A stretch of DNA of 64,000 nucleotides from Pseudomonas sp. NY15181 (lineage in GTDB: Bacteria > Pseudomonadota > Gammaproteobacteria > Pseudomonadales > Pseudomonadaceae): positions 260,509 to 324,508 of the forward strand of contig NZ_JBLUPT010000005.1 in NCBI RefSeq assembly GCF_048068055.1, written 5' to 3'. This document shows positions 1 through 10,241 of this stretch, piece by piece. The position numbers and the translations under genes are program-made. Under the pieces are notes generated by a model that ran no database searches, was not told where the DNA came from, and saw nothing but the letters and a program-made list of their open reading frames with translations. How positions within the stretch are numbered: the first letter of the stretch is position 1; each line of letters begins with the position of its first letter.

Positions 1-14
1 ACGTCAACAACAAG

Positions 15-2834
15 GTGCAGGCCGCGCTGGCCAAGCTGCCGCAGGAAGTGCGCCGGCAGGGCGTGAAGGTGCAGAAGAAGTCTTCGGACATCCTGCAGCT
101 GGTCATCCTGTACTCGCCGGACAACTCGGTCGATCCGGTGCAGATCAGCAACTACGCGCTGATCAACGTGATCGACGAACTCAAGCGCCTGCCCGGCGTG
201 GGTGACGTTACCCAGTTCGGCGCCAAGGACTACTCCATGCGCATCTGGCTGCGTCCGGACAAGCTGGCGCAGTACAACCTGACGCCGACCGATGTGGTCA
301 ACGCCATTCAAGAGCAGAACTCGCAGTTCGCCGCCGGCAACTTCGGCAAGGAACCGCTGAACACCCCGCAGGACTTCACCTATACGGTGAGCACCCAGGG
401 CCGCTTCTCCGATCCGAAACAGTTCGAGAGCATTATCCTGCGCACCGATAGCACCGGCGCCAGCCTGCTGCTCAAGGATGTCGCCCGGGTCGAACTGGGG
501 GCCCAGGACTACTCGATGAAGACCACCCTGAACGGCCAGCAGAACGCGGCCTTCGGGGTGTACCTGCAACCCGGCGCCAACGCCCTGGATACCGCCGAAG
601 CCGTGCGCAGCACCATGGAACGGCTGTCCAAGCGCTTCCCTCAGGGCATCGTCTACACCATCCCCTACGACACCACGGTGTTCGTGAAGGTGTCCATCGA
701 GGAGGTGGTGCACACCTTCTTCGAGGCCCTGGTGCTGGTGATGCTGGTGGTCTACCTGTTCCTGCAGAACGTGCGCGCCACCCTGATCCCGGTGCTGGCG
801 ATCCCGGTGTCGCTGGTCGGGACCTTCGCCGGCATGTACCTGCTGGGCTTCTCCATCAACCTCTTGACCCTGTTCGGCCTGGTGCTGGCGATCGGCATCG
901 TGGTCGACGACGCCATCGTGGTGCTGGAGAACGTCGAACGGGTGATGCGGACCGAGAAGCTCGGCCCTAGGGAAGCGGCGATCAAGGCGATGGAAGAGGT
1001 GACCGGACCGATCGTCGCCATCGTCCTGGTGCTCTGCGCAGTGTTCATTCCAGTGGGCTTCCTCGGTGGTCTCGCCGGGCAGATGTACCAGCAGTTCGCG
1101 ATCACCATCGCGGTGTCGGTGGTGATCTCCGGCATCGTCGCGCTCACGCTGTCGCCGGCGCTCTGCGCACTGATCCTCAAGCCCGAGCACAAGGAGCCGG
1201 CGGCACCCTTCCGCTGGTTCAACCGCATGTTCGACAAGGCCACCGAAGGCTACGGCGCGGGTGTGCAGTTCTTCCTCAAGCGCGCGTCCATCGGCCTGCT
1301 GCTGGTCGGTGGGATGATCGCGCTGATGGTGGTGCTGTTCGGCCGGGTGCCCGGCTCGCTGGTGCCAGACGAGGACCAGGGCTATGTGCTCAACGCCTAC
1401 ATCCTGCCGCCGGCTTCCTCGCTCAAACGCACCGAGGAGCTGACCGAGGCGGTCTCCGAGCAACTGCGCAAGCACCCGGCGGTCAAGGACGTGGTGACCT
1501 TCTCCGGTCTGAACATCCTGACCAACACCAACGTCACCAGTGCCGGCGTGTCCTTCGTGACGCTCAAGGACTGGAAGGAACGCGAGGAGCCGTCGCTGGA
1601 CGCGCGTAACCTGACGCGCACCTTCATGGGCTTGGGTATGCGCGAGCAGGACGGCATGACCCTGAGCTTCAACCCGCCGCCGATCACCGGCATGTCCACT
1701 ACCGGCGGCTTCGAGGCCTACATCCAGGACCGCAGCGGCGGCACTCCCGAGCAGTTGCAGGCCATCGTGCAGAAGTTCATGGCTGCGGCGGCCAAGCGCC
1801 CCGAACTGGCCGCCGTGACCACCACCTTCAACGCCGACGTGCCGCAGTACTACATCGACCTGGACCGCACCAAGGCGCGCGCGTTTGGCGTTGCGATCGA
1901 CGATGTGTTCACTGCCATGCAGTCCACCTTCGGCGCCTACTACGTCAACGACTTCAGCCTTTACGGTCGTACCTGGAAGGTGAACCTGCAGTCCGAGTCG
2001 GACTTCCGCCGCAAGCCGGATGATCTCAAACAGGTCTACGTGCGCTCCGCCACCGGCGACCTGGTGCCGCTCTCGACGCTGGTGCAGGTGCGCCGCATCC
2101 TCGGCCCGGACACCTTCTCGCGCTTCAACGTGTTCCCCGCAGCCAAGCTGCTCGGCGGTCCGGCACCGGGCTTCAGCTCCGGCCAGGCGCTGGCGGCGAT
2201 GCAGCAGGTGGCCGACCAGACCCTCGGCGAGGACTACATGCTGACCTGGATCGGTTCGGCCTACCAGGAGCTGGAAGCGCAGGGCTCAGGTGGCCAGGCA
2301 TTCATCTTCGGCCTGATCCTGGTGTTCCTCATCCTGGCGGCCCAGTACGAGCGCTGGTCGCTGCCGCTGGCGGTGGTCACCGCGGTGCCCTTCGCGGTAT
2401 TCGGCGCGATCCTCGCCATCTGGCTGCGCGGCATCGATAACGACGTGTACTTCCAGGTGGGTCTGGTGACGCTGATCGGCTTGGCGGCGAAGAACGCCAT
2501 CCTGATCATCGAGTTCGCCGTGCTCTGCCGCGAAGAGCAGGGCATGGGCCCGATGCAGGCGGCGCTGGAAGCGGCCAAGTTGCGCTTCCGCCCGATCGTC
2601 ATGACTTCGCTGGCCTTCATCCTGGGTTGCGTGCCGTTGGCGATCAGCTCCGGTGCGGGCTCGGCCAGCCGTCACTCGATCGGCACCGGGGTGATCGGCG
2701 GCATGCTCGCCGCGACCCTGCTGGCGACCTTCCTCATCCCGATGTTCTACATGCTGGTGGAGTCGCTGTCCGACAAGCTCTCCGCCCGCAAGAACAAGGG
2801 CAAGCCCGCGGAGGGCGAGGCCCACAAGGCCTGA
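15..2834 (+). CDS. RND multidrug efflux transporter permease (AcrB/MexB/MexF family), 5'-truncated at window start
   Basis: 939-aa ORF open to the window edge; 12-TM RND architecture with conserved AcrB-like motifs (e.g. '[18 protein letters not shown]', '[20 protein letters not shown]'); full-length would be ~1040 aa so ~100 aa are missing upstream. No outer-membrane factor gene follows. Confidence 0.9.
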   Translation: MQAALAKLPQEVRRQGVKVQKKSSDILQLVILYSPDNSVDPVQISNYALINVIDELKRLPGVGDVTQFGAKDYSMRIWLRPDKLAQYNLTPTDVVNAIQEQNSQFAAGNFGKEPLNTPQDFTYTVSTQGRFSDPKQFESIILRTDSTGASLLLKDVARVELGAQDYSMKTTLNGQQNAAFGVYLQPGANALDTAEAVRSTMERLSKRFPQGIVYTIPYDTTVFVKVSIEEVVHTFFEALVLVMLVVYLFLQNVRATLIPVLAIPVSLVGTFAGMYLLGFSINLLTLFGLVLAIGIVVDDAIVVLENVERVMRTEKLGPREAAIKAMEEVTGPIVAIVLVLCAVFIPVGFLGGLAGQMYQQFAITIAVSVVISGIVALTLSPALCALILKPEHKEPAAPFRWFNRMFDKATEGYGAGVQFFLKRASIGLLLVGGMIALMVVLFGRVPGSLVPDEDQGYVLNAYILPPASSLKRTEELTEAVSEQLRKHPAVKDVVTFSGLNILTNTNVTSAGVSFVTLKDWKEREEPSLDARNLTRTFMGLGMREQDGMTLSFNPPPITGMSTTGGFEAYIQDRSGGTPEQLQAIVQKFMAAAAKRPELAAVTTTFNADVPQYYIDLDRTKARAFGVAIDDVFTAMQSTFGAYYVNDFSLYGRTWKVNLQSESDFRRKPDDLKQVYVRSATGDLVPLSTLVQVRRILGPDTFSRFNVFPAAKLLGGPAPGFSSGQALAAMQQVADQTLGEDYMLTWIGSAYQELEAQGSGGQAFIFGLILVFLILAAQYERWSLPLAVVTAVPFAVFGAILAIWLRGIDNDVYFQVGLVTLIGLAAKNAILIIEFAVLCREEQGMGPMQAALEAAKLRFRPIVMTSLAFILGCVPLAISSGAGSASRHSIGTGVIGGMLAATLLATFLIPMFYMLVESLSDKLSARKNKGKPAEGEAHKA

Positions 2835-2840
2835 AGCCAG

Positions 2841-2882
2841 GGCGGACCGGCAGCCCGCCGGTCCGCCTACCATCTTTTCGGG
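2841..2882 (+). terminator. rho-independent terminator downstream of RND gene
   Basis: GC hairpin GGCGGACCGGCAGCCCGCCGGTCCGCC followed by CATCTTTTCGGG immediately after the stop codon. Confidence 0.7.
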
Positions 2883-3022
2883 AATTGATTAGTGAGCTTG
2901 CTAATTTCCCGGCCATTGTCACAATGCAAGGCCTCGTCGCGTAGCGCTCTCGCGGCAGAACCTTGTACCCCGTCCGCCCAGGCGCCTGAGCCGCCACCGC
3001 CGGGGTGCGCCCAGGTGACTTC

Positions 3023-4198
3023 ATGAATCTGCGTATCCTGCTGATCCTTGGCGCCTTGAGCGCCTTCGGGCCGATGGCCATCGACTTCTATCTGCCCAGC
3101 TTCCCCGCGCTGGCGCATGCCTTCGACACCGACGTCGAGCATATTCAGCTGAGCCTGTCGGCGTACTTCGCCGGCCTGGCCATCGGCCAACTGCTCTACG
3201 GCCCGCTGGCGGATCGCGTTGGCCGGCGTATTCCGCTGCTGCTGGGGGTGAGCATCTTCACCCTGGCGTCGCTGGCCTGCGCCTTCGTGCCGAACCTCGA
3301 ATGGCTGATCGCTGCGCGTTTCGTCCAGGCGCTGGGTGGCTGCGCGGGCATGGTGATCTCGCGGGCGGTGGTGCGCGACCTGTGCGACCCGATCGCCGCC
3401 GCCAGGGCCTTTTCGCAACTGATGCTGGTGATGGGGCTGGCGCCGATTCTCGCGCCGCTGGGGGGCGGACTGCTGCTGAACCTGTCCGGCTGGCAGTCGA
3501 TCTTCTTCTGCCTGACGCTGTTCAGCGCGCTGGCCGGTGCGGCCATTGCCCTGTGGTTGCCCGAAACCATCCCGGCCGGTCCGCGCGCGCCCTTGCGTGG
3601 GGCGGGGCGGCAGTACCTGGCGCTGTTCTCCGATCGCTCCTTCCTCACCTATGCGCTGACCGGCGGCGTCGCCGTCGCGGGGATGTTCTCCTATATCGCC
3701 GGCTCGCCCTTCGTGTTCATCCAGCTCTATGGCGTGCCGGCCGAGCACTATGGCTGGATCTTCGGCAGCAATGCGGCGGGCTTCATCCTGATGGCGCAGG
3801 TGAACGCGCGGCTGCTGCGCTATCGCGGGCCGGGTTTCTGGTTGCGCAGGGCGGTGTGGGTGTACTTCGCCTGCGGCGCGATGCTGCTGGCGATCACCCT
3901 GGCCAGGCCGGCGCAGCTGTGGCCGCTGCTGATCCCGCTGTTTGGCGCCATCGCCTGCCTGGGCTTCCTGCTGCCCAATGCCTCGGCCTGTGCCATGGCC
4001 AGCCAGGGGCGACACGCCGGAAGCGCGTCGGCCCTGATGGGTAGCCTGCAGTTCACCGTGGCGGCGGGCGCCTCGGCGCTGGTCGGCGCCCTGCATGATG
4101 GTTCGGCGCTACCGATGGCCCTGGTGATCACCGGCTGCGGGCTGGCCGCCGCGCTACTCGGCTGGTCCAGCGGACAGATCAGTGAACGCGCCGCCTGA
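3023..4198 (+). CDS. MFS transporter, Bcr/CflA drug-resistance subfamily
   Basis: ORF track 3005..4198 begins with GTG; ATG at 3023 gives MNLRILLILGALSAFGPMAIDFYLPSFP...GRRIPLL, typical Bcr/CflA N-terminus; 12 predicted TM segments. Confidence 0.85.
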   Translation: MNLRILLILGALSAFGPMAIDFYLPSFPALAHAFDTDVEHIQLSLSAYFAGLAIGQLLYGPLADRVGRRIPLLLGVSIFTLASLACAFVPNLEWLIAARFVQALGGCAGMVISRAVVRDLCDPIAAARAFSQLMLVMGLAPILAPLGGGLLLNLSGWQSIFFCLTLFSALAGAAIALWLPETIPAGPRAPLRGAGRQYLALFSDRSFLTYALTGGVAVAGMFSYIAGSPFVFIQLYGVPAEHYGWIFGSNAAGFILMAQVNARLLRYRGPGFWLRRAVWVYFACGAMLLAITLARPAQLWPLLIPLFGAIACLGFLLPNASACAMASQGRHAGSASALMGSLQFTVAAGASALVGALHDGSALPMALVITGCGLAAALLGWSSGQISERAA

Positions 4199-4491
4199 GC
4201 GGCATCAGCCAGCAGCGTGCTGGCGCAACTCGGGCAACTGGTGCGGGGCCCGCAAGCGGGCTTCCAGGGTCTCGACGAAGGAGCGAGCTTCCCGCTCGCT
4301 GCGGAAGCCGACGGCCTGTTGATCCAGGCAGACTTCCCAAGGCTGATTCTTGTTGGCGGAGGACGGGCGAACGAGGATGTGCATGACGGGGCACCCCTGT
4401 GCGGTCGTTAGAAGGGAGTCTCAGTGTAGTCCTGTCATCGAACGGTAAGGGGTGCGACGCAAGGTCGCCGACAACCGGCCTGCCCTCTCCC

Positions 4492-5373
4492 TCATGCCCC
4501 GCCGCGGCCCTGGCTCAGGCGCCTGCGGTAGGCGCTGGGCGAGAGCCCCATGACCTTGCTGAAAAGTCTTGAAAAGTAATAGCTGTCGTCATAGCCCACG
4601 GCCTGGCTGACCTGGGCGATGCCGCAGCTGCTGCTGTCCAGCAATTGGCAGGCGTATTCGATTTTCAGGTGCAGGAAGTGCTGGATCGGCGTGCGTCCGG
4701 TGAGCGCCCGGTAGCGGTTGACGAAGTGGAACTTGGAGAGGTTGCAGAAGGCCGCCAGCTGCGGCAGTTCCAGGCGCTGGTGGAGGTTGTCGCGCATGTA
4801 GGCGTGCAGGCCGTCCAGGTCGAGCCCGGCGTCGCGCACCGGGCGCAGCAGCGGCAGTTGGCAGAGCAGGGCACGCAGGCGGCTGGCGGCGAGGAGGAAG
4901 GGTTGGAAGCGGTAGCCGCTCAGGCGCGCCTCCAGCAATTGGGCGAAACCGCTGACCAGGGTGTGCTGCAGGCCCCAGTGGCGTACCGGCGAATCTCCGT
5001 AGCCGGCGGCATGGCGCAGCCAGTCGGCGCCGTCGCCGCGCAGGTGTACCCAGTGGATAGTCCAGGGGTTGGCGGGATCGGCATGGTAGGCGTGGGGCAC
5101 GCCCGGTGGCAGCCAGATCAGGTCGCCACAGCCGACGGCCTGGGTTTGCCCGTCGACGAGGAGCTCGCCCTGGCCTTCGCTGCAGTAGATCAGCAGGTGG
5201 TCGTCGTGCTGCTCCCGGCTCATCTGGTGGTCGCGGGCGCGGCGATAGTGGCCCAGTGAGCTGGGATAGAGGTCTCGGCTGAGCGGGTGGGTGGCGAGCT
5301 TCTGCAGCAGCGTCGGCGGCAGCACCAGGCGCAGGCTGTCGGCGGGAAGGGGCCAGTCCGAGGTTCTCGACAT
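4492..5373 (-). CDS. AraC/XylS-family transcriptional regulator with N-terminal cupin-like sensing domain
   Basis: C-terminal HTH_AraC signature (IAQVSQAVGYDDSYYFSRLFSKVMGLSPSAYRRR); divergent from acyl-CoA synthetase gene. Confidence 0.85.
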   Translation of the reverse strand: MSRTSDWPLPADSLRLVLPPTLLQKLATHPLSRDLYPSSLGHYRRARDHQMSREQHDDHLLIYCSEGQGELLVDGQTQAVGCGDLIWLPPGVPHAYHADPANPWTIHWVHLRGDGADWLRHAAGYGDSPVRHWGLQHTLVSGFAQLLEARLSGYRFQPFLLAASRLRALLCQLPLLRPVRDAGLDLDGLHAYMRDNLHQRLELPQLAAFCNLSKFHFVNRYRALTGRTPIQHFLHLKIEYACQLLDSSSCGIAQVSQAVGYDDSYYFSRLFSKVMGLSPSAYRRRLSQGRGGA

Positions 5374-5604
5374 ACGGGTAGTCCGCTCAGCAATTTAATC
5401 CAGCAAGAGCACAATTTAGTCGATCATCGGCTCCCTGTGCGGGTGATAGCTTTGCCCTTGCGTGGAATGTTCCGCCGTCGCTCCCGCAATAAAAGCCGGC
5501 TGCTACCTGAGAACGGCCGGCATACGACCAAAGGTTGATGGTGGGGTGGTTAACCCCGGCCATACTCGTTGTTCGACCTCGATAACAACAAATAAGAGGC
5601 TCAG

Positions 5605-7503
5605 ATGATGAACTACCGGCAGTGCTACGACCGCTCCATCGCGGAGCCGTCCGCTTTCTGGGCCGAGCAGGCCCGCCGCGTGGCCTGGTACCGCGCCCCG
5701 CAGGATGTCCTGCAATCCCTGCCCGACGGCAGCCACCGCTGGTTCGCCGATGGCCGCCTGAACTCCAGCTACCTCGCTCTAGACCGCCAGATCGAACTCG
5801 GTCGCGGGGAGCAGACTGCACTGATCTACGATTCCCCCGTCACCCAGACCCAGCAGCGCTTCACCTACCGCGAGCTGCGCGACGAAGTCGCCCGCCTGGC
5901 CGGCGCCCTGCGCGCGCTGGGGGTGGAGCGCGGCGACGGGGTGATCATCTACATGCCGATGGTGCCGCAGGCCGCGATGGCGATGCTGGCCTGCGCGCGC
6001 ATCGGCGCCGTGCACTCGGTGGTGTTCGGTGGCTTCGCGCCCTACGAGCTGGCGCTGCGCATCGACGACGCCAAGCCCAAGCTGGTCCTCACCGCCTCCT
6101 GCGGGCTGGAGTTCGACCGGGTCATCGAATACAAGCCGCTGGTGGACAAGGCCCTGGAACTGGCGCTGCACCAGCCCGCCCATGTGCTGGTATTGCAGCG
6201 CCCGCAGGCGATGGCCGAACTGTTCGGCGGGCGCGACCTGGACTGGCGCGAAACCCTGGCCCACGCCCAGCCGACGGAGCCGGTGGAGTTGGCCAGCGGC
6301 GACCCGCTGTACATCATGTACACCTCCGGCACCACCGGGAAACCCAAGGGCATCGTGCGTGACAACGGCGGTCACGCGGTGGCGCTGCACTATGCGCTGC
6401 CGACCATCTTCGGCCTGCAGCCGGGCGATGTCTGGTGGGGCGTGTCGGACGTCGGCTGGGTGGTCGGCCATTCGCTGATCGTCTACGGCCCGCTGATGAA
6501 TGGCTGCACCACGGTGTTCTACGAGGGCAAGCCGGTGCGCACGCCGGACGCCGGCAGCTACTGGCGGGTGATCGAGGAACACAAGGTCAACAGCCTGTTC
6601 TGCGCGCCCACGGCGATTCGCGCGATACGCAAGGAAGACCCCCACGGCGAACTGCTCAAGCGCTACGACCTGAGTTCGCTGCGCCACCTGTTCCTCGCCG
6701 GCGAGAAGCTCGACAGCAGTACCCAGCACTGGCTGGAGGAACTCACCGGCAAGCCGGTGCACGACCACTGGTGGCAAACCGAGACCGGCTGGCCGGTGAC
6801 CGCGCCCTGTACCGGCCTGGACGGCCACGACCTGCGCGCCGGTTCCACCAACCGTGCGGTGCCCGGCTACCACGTGCAGGTGGTGGACGACGAAGGCCAT
6901 ATGCTGGGCCCGAACGAGCAGGGCTCCATCGTCATCGCCCTGCCGCTGCCGCCCGGCTGCGCGCAGACCCTGTGGAATGACCACCCGCGCTACCTGCAGG
7001 CCTACCTGAAGACCTATCCCGGCTACTACCACACCGGCGACGGCGGCTATGTGGACGAGGAAGGCTTCGTCTACATCATGGGCCGTACCGACGACGTGAT
7101 TAACGTCTCCGGCCACCGCCTCTCCACCGGCGAGATGGAGGAGCTGCTGGCGCTGCACGATGCGGTGGCCGAGTGTGCGGTGCTGGCCGTGGCGGACAAC
7201 CTCAAGGGCCACGTGCCGCTCGGGCTGGTGGTACTCAAGGACGACGCGCAGATCGCCGAGGACGTTCTGCAGCGCGAGCTGGTGGCGCTGGTGCGCGAAC
7301 GCATCGGCGCGCTGGCCTGCTTCCAGCGTGCGGTGGTGGTCAAGCGCCTGCCCAAGACCCGCTCCGGCAAGATCCTCCGCGCGGTGCTGCGCAAGATCGC
7401 CGATGGCGAGGAATACGCGCCACCCTCCACCATCGACGACCCGAACATCCTCGGCGAGATCGCCGAGCGCCTGGGCGCGGCCGGGCTGGCCAAGGCGAGC
7501 TGA
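5605..7503 (+). CDS. AMP-forming acyl-CoA synthetase (PrpE/propionate-CoA ligase-like)
   Basis: 632 aa; AMP-binding motif YTSGTTGKPKG, C-terminal 'PKTRSGKILR'; RBS AAGAGG 6 nt upstream of ATG. Confidence 0.85.
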   Translation: MMNYRQCYDRSIAEPSAFWAEQARRVAWYRAPQDVLQSLPDGSHRWFADGRLNSSYLALDRQIELGRGEQTALIYDSPVTQTQQRFTYRELRDEVARLAGALRALGVERGDGVIIYMPMVPQAAMAMLACARIGAVHSVVFGGFAPYELALRIDDAKPKLVLTASCGLEFDRVIEYKPLVDKALELALHQPAHVLVLQRPQAMAELFGGRDLDWRETLAHAQPTEPVELASGDPLYIMYTSGTTGKPKGIVRDNGGHAVALHYALPTIFGLQPGDVWWGVSDVGWVVGHSLIVYGPLMNGCTTVFYEGKPVRTPDAGSYWRVIEEHKVNSLFCAPTAIRAIRKEDPHGELLKRYDLSSLRHLFLAGEKLDSSTQHWLEELTGKPVHDHWWQTETGWPVTAPCTGLDGHDLRAGSTNRAVPGYHVQVVDDEGHMLGPNEQGSIVIALPLPPGCAQTLWNDHPRYLQAYLKTYPGYYHTGDGGYVDEEGFVYIMGRTDDVINVSGHRLSTGEMEELLALHDAVAECAVLAVADNLKGHVPLGLVVLKDDAQIAEDVLQRELVALVRERIGALACFQRAVVVKRLPKTRSGKILRAVLRKIADGEEYAPPSTIDDPNILGEIAERLGAAGLAKAS

Positions 7504-7509
7504 TCCCAC

Positions 7510-7560
7510 GCGCCGGCCTTGCCGGCGTCTTTCCAGGGCCGCCTTCGGGCGGCCCTTTTT
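7510..7560 (+). terminator. rho-independent terminator
   Basis: GGGCCGCCTTCGGGCGGCCC hairpin + TTTTTT after acyl-CoA synthetase stop. Confidence 0.7.
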
Positions 7561-7644
7561 TATCCACCGTTCAGGGTCAGGGCGAGGTGATGGCAAGATG
7601 CTTCTATACTGGACGGATAGGTTTCTACGGGTGGTATTGCAGTC

Positions 7645-8079
7645 ATGGTCACCCCGGACATTCTCGACGAGGAAGAACTGGCGGCATTGCGGGAAGTCAC
7701 CGCGCCGGCTCCGCGCAAACCCGTGGCGCTACTGGTTGAGGATGATCCCGAGGTGCTGGCTGGCTTGCGCGAGTTGATCGAGACTGCCGACTTCCGTTGC
7801 CTGATCGCCCACAGCGCGCCCGAAGCACTACGCCGTATTCGCCGGGACGAGTCGAACATCGACCTGCTGATCACCGACCTGCCGATGGAGCGCAAGGGGG
7901 CGGGGCTGGAGCTGATCCGCGATCTCAATGCAATCGGCACCTTCCTGCCGATCATCGTCCTTTCAGGCCGGGCCGACACCCTCGACGTGATCGAGGCGAT
8001 GGGGCTGAACGTGCTGGAAGTCATGCTCAAGCCGGTGGACCCGGATTACTTTCTGTATGTGCTGAGCCGTAGCCTGTAG
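7645..8079 (+). CDS. orphan CheY-like response regulator (receiver domain only)
   Basis: 144 aa; receiver-domain pattern (VEDDPEV...LITDLPME...LSG); no kinase or output domain adjacent. Confidence 0.6.
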   Translation: MVTPDILDEEELAALREVTAPAPRKPVALLVEDDPEVLAGLRELIETADFRCLIAHSAPEALRRIRRDESNIDLLITDLPMERKGAGLELIRDLNAIGTFLPIIVLSGRADTLDVIEAMGLNVLEVMLKPVDPDYFLYVLSRSL

Positions 8080-8097
8080 GCCTGTCGTTAGTCAGGA

Positions 8098-8231
8098 GCG
8101 TAGGGCGTATAACGTTCGACGTTATACGCCGTTTGACCTTGGCTTCCGGGCACTCCGAACTCGGCCTGGGAGCCGGCTGATGCGGCGAGGTGTATCGGCG
8201 TACAACCGCGAACGGTTGTACGCCCTACGCG
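8098..8231. repeat. pair of REP-like palindromic elements in inverted orientation between convergent genes
   Basis: Perfect palindromes GGCGTATAACGTTCGACGTTATACGCC (~8104-8130) and GGCGTACAACCGCGAACGGTTGTACGCC (~8198-8225), each flanked by GTAGGGCGTA / TACGCCCTAC. Confidence 0.65.
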
Positions 8232-8241
8232 TCATGCGGGA

Positions 8242-9141
8242 TTACAGCGTCTGCGCTTTGAACGTATCGCACTTGCCCGGCGAGCCGCTCTGGAAGCCCA
8301 GCTTGAACCAGCGCACGCGCTGCGCCGAGCTGCCATGGGTGAAGGAGTCGGGCATCACGGTGCCGCGCGCCTGGCGCTGCAGGTGGTCGTCGCCGATGGC
8401 GTTGGCGGCGTTCAGCGCTTCTTCCACGTCGCCCGGCTCCAGCCAGTTCAGGCGCTGCTGCGCATGATTGGCCCAGACCCCGGCAAAGCAGTCGGCCTGC
8501 AATTCCTGGCGCACCGACAGGCCGTCGGCGCCTTCCATGCGCGCACCGCGCTGGCGTGCGGCGTTGATCTTGGCGGAAATACCCAGCAGGTTCTGCACAT
8601 GGTGGCCGACTTCGTGGGCGATCACGTAGGCCTGGGCGAAGTCGCCAGCAGCGGAGAACTTCTGCTCCATCTCGCGGAAGAAGCCGAGGTCGAGATAGAC
8701 GCGATGGTCGCCCGGGCAATAGAAGGGCCCGACCGCCGAGGAGGCGAAGCCGCAGGCGGAATTCACCCCGCCGTTGAACAGGATCAGCTTGGGCTGCTCG
8801 TAGCGGGCGTTGCTGCGGGCGAAGATTTCGCCCCAGGTGTCTTCGGTGTCGCCGAGGATGGCGCGGACGAATTCCACCTGCGGGTCGTTCGGGTTGGTCG
8901 GCTTGCCCTGCACCGGACGGCTCGGCGCCTGTTGCGAGACGTCCATCTGGCCGAGCAGCGAGCCGAGGATGGTCATCGGGTCCTGGCCCATCAGCAGGCC
9001 GACCACCACGACGATGGCCACGCCGCCCAGGCTCAGGCCACGCCCGCCAATGCGCGGGCCGCCGCCACCGCCCATGTCGCTGCCGGTTTCATCCCGTGCG
9101 TCCACAACGTTGTCGCTGCGTCGTCCTTTGCGCCAGAGCAT
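8242..9141 (-). CDS. ypfJ: YpfJ-family neutral zinc metallopeptidase
   Basis: 299 aa; N-terminal TM, Gly-rich linker, HEVGHH zinc-binding motif. Confidence 0.8.
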   Translation of the reverse strand: MLWRKGRRSDNVVDARDETGSDMGGGGGPRIGGRGLSLGGVAIVVVVGLLMGQDPMTILGSLLGQMDVSQQAPSRPVQGKPTNPNDPQVEFVRAILGDTEDTWGEIFARSNARYEQPKLILFNGGVNSACGFASSAVGPFYCPGDHRVYLDLGFFREMEQKFSAAGDFAQAYVIAHEVGHHVQNLLGISAKINAARQRGARMEGADGLSVRQELQADCFAGVWANHAQQRLNWLEPGDVEEALNAANAIGDDHLQRQARGTVMPDSFTHGSSAQRVRWFKLGFQSGSPGKCDTFKAQTL

Positions 9142-9207
9142 GGCGGCGTCTCCTTGAATCAGATGATTCAGTGTTGTCGTGAGGGGCGTGCGCCGCCAGC
9201 CCGATCG

Positions 9208-10068
9208 TCAGGACAGGCGATGCAGCAGCTCGGCGCGGGCGAGCAGTTGCACGTCACCGCCGACGCGAACCTCGTCGTCCTGCCCGACCAGTACGTCGAG
9301 GCGGCTGGGGCGACCGACGAAACGGCCCTGGGAGAGGTGGAACGGCTCGCCACGGCGGGCCTTGCCCAGCTCCACCAGGTAGGCCGCGACGGGGCCGGCG
9401 GCGCTGCCGGTGGCAACGTCCTCGATGATGCCGGCGCCATCCCAGGTACGGCCCTCGCGGCCATCCACATCCAGCACGAAGACGAAGGCGGCGTGGAGCT
9501 TCGCCAGTTCGGCGCTCAGGTCCGTGCGCTGGCGTACGCGCCCCAGTGCCTCGCTTTTCACGGGTAGCAGCAGGTAGGGCAGGCCGGTGCTGACGACGGC
9601 GGCGGGGTAGTCGGCGAGGTCGGCGGCGGACAGCGAGAAGGCCTCGGCGAACCAGCGGCGGGTCTCGTCATCCAGCACGTTGCCGAAATCCGCTGTGCCC
9701 TGGTTCATCTCGGCGTGGAAACCGGCGCCGCGCTTGCGGGTCGCGACCTTCACGTCCTTGGCGGCCAGTTGCAGGGTCCAGAGCTCCTCCTCGCCGCGCT
9801 GGTGCAGGTGGTGCAGCAGCGCGGCGGCGCCCAGCACCGGGTGGCCGGCGAAGGGCAGTTCCTCTTCGGGGGTGAAGATGCGCGCCGAATAGGTATCCAG
9901 CGTGGCCGAAGGGAACAGGAAGATGGATTCGAACTGACGCAGTTCCTGCGTCAGCGCCAGCAGCGTCGCATCTGGCAGGCTGCGCGCATCGGGGAACACC
10001 GCCAGGCCGTTGCCGCTCAGCGGTTGCTGAGCGAAGACGTCGAGTTGCCAATACTGAAGGGGAAGCAT
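9208..10068 (-). CDS. PhzF-family isomerase-like protein
   Basis: 286 aa; N-terminal 'LDVFAQQPLSGNGLAVF' typical of PhzF/YddE superfamily. Confidence 0.75.
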   Translation of the reverse strand: MLPLQYWQLDVFAQQPLSGNGLAVFPDARSLPDATLLALTQELRQFESIFLFPSATLDTYSARIFTPEEELPFAGHPVLGAAALLHHLHQRGEEELWTLQLAAKDVKVATRKRGAGFHAEMNQGTADFGNVLDDETRRWFAEAFSLSAADLADYPAAVVSTGLPYLLLPVKSEALGRVRQRTDLSAELAKLHAAFVFVLDVDGREGRTWDGAGIIEDVATGSAAGPVAAYLVELGKARRGEPFHLSQGRFVGRPSRLDVLVGQDDEVRVGGDVQLLARAELLHRLS

Positions 10069-10241
10069 GGGGCTCCAGAGGCCGCGTTTGAGCGGCCGAT
10101 AAGAAAAACTCGACAGCCAGCCTAGCGAGCTATATGTTCGCCGACAAGAAAGCGCAGGTCACAGTGCCGTGCTTTCCAGGCCACCGCAGTGGCCGGCGTC
10201 GCTCGGACGGTTCCGGGCGCCTACGTTAACCAGAGGACACC

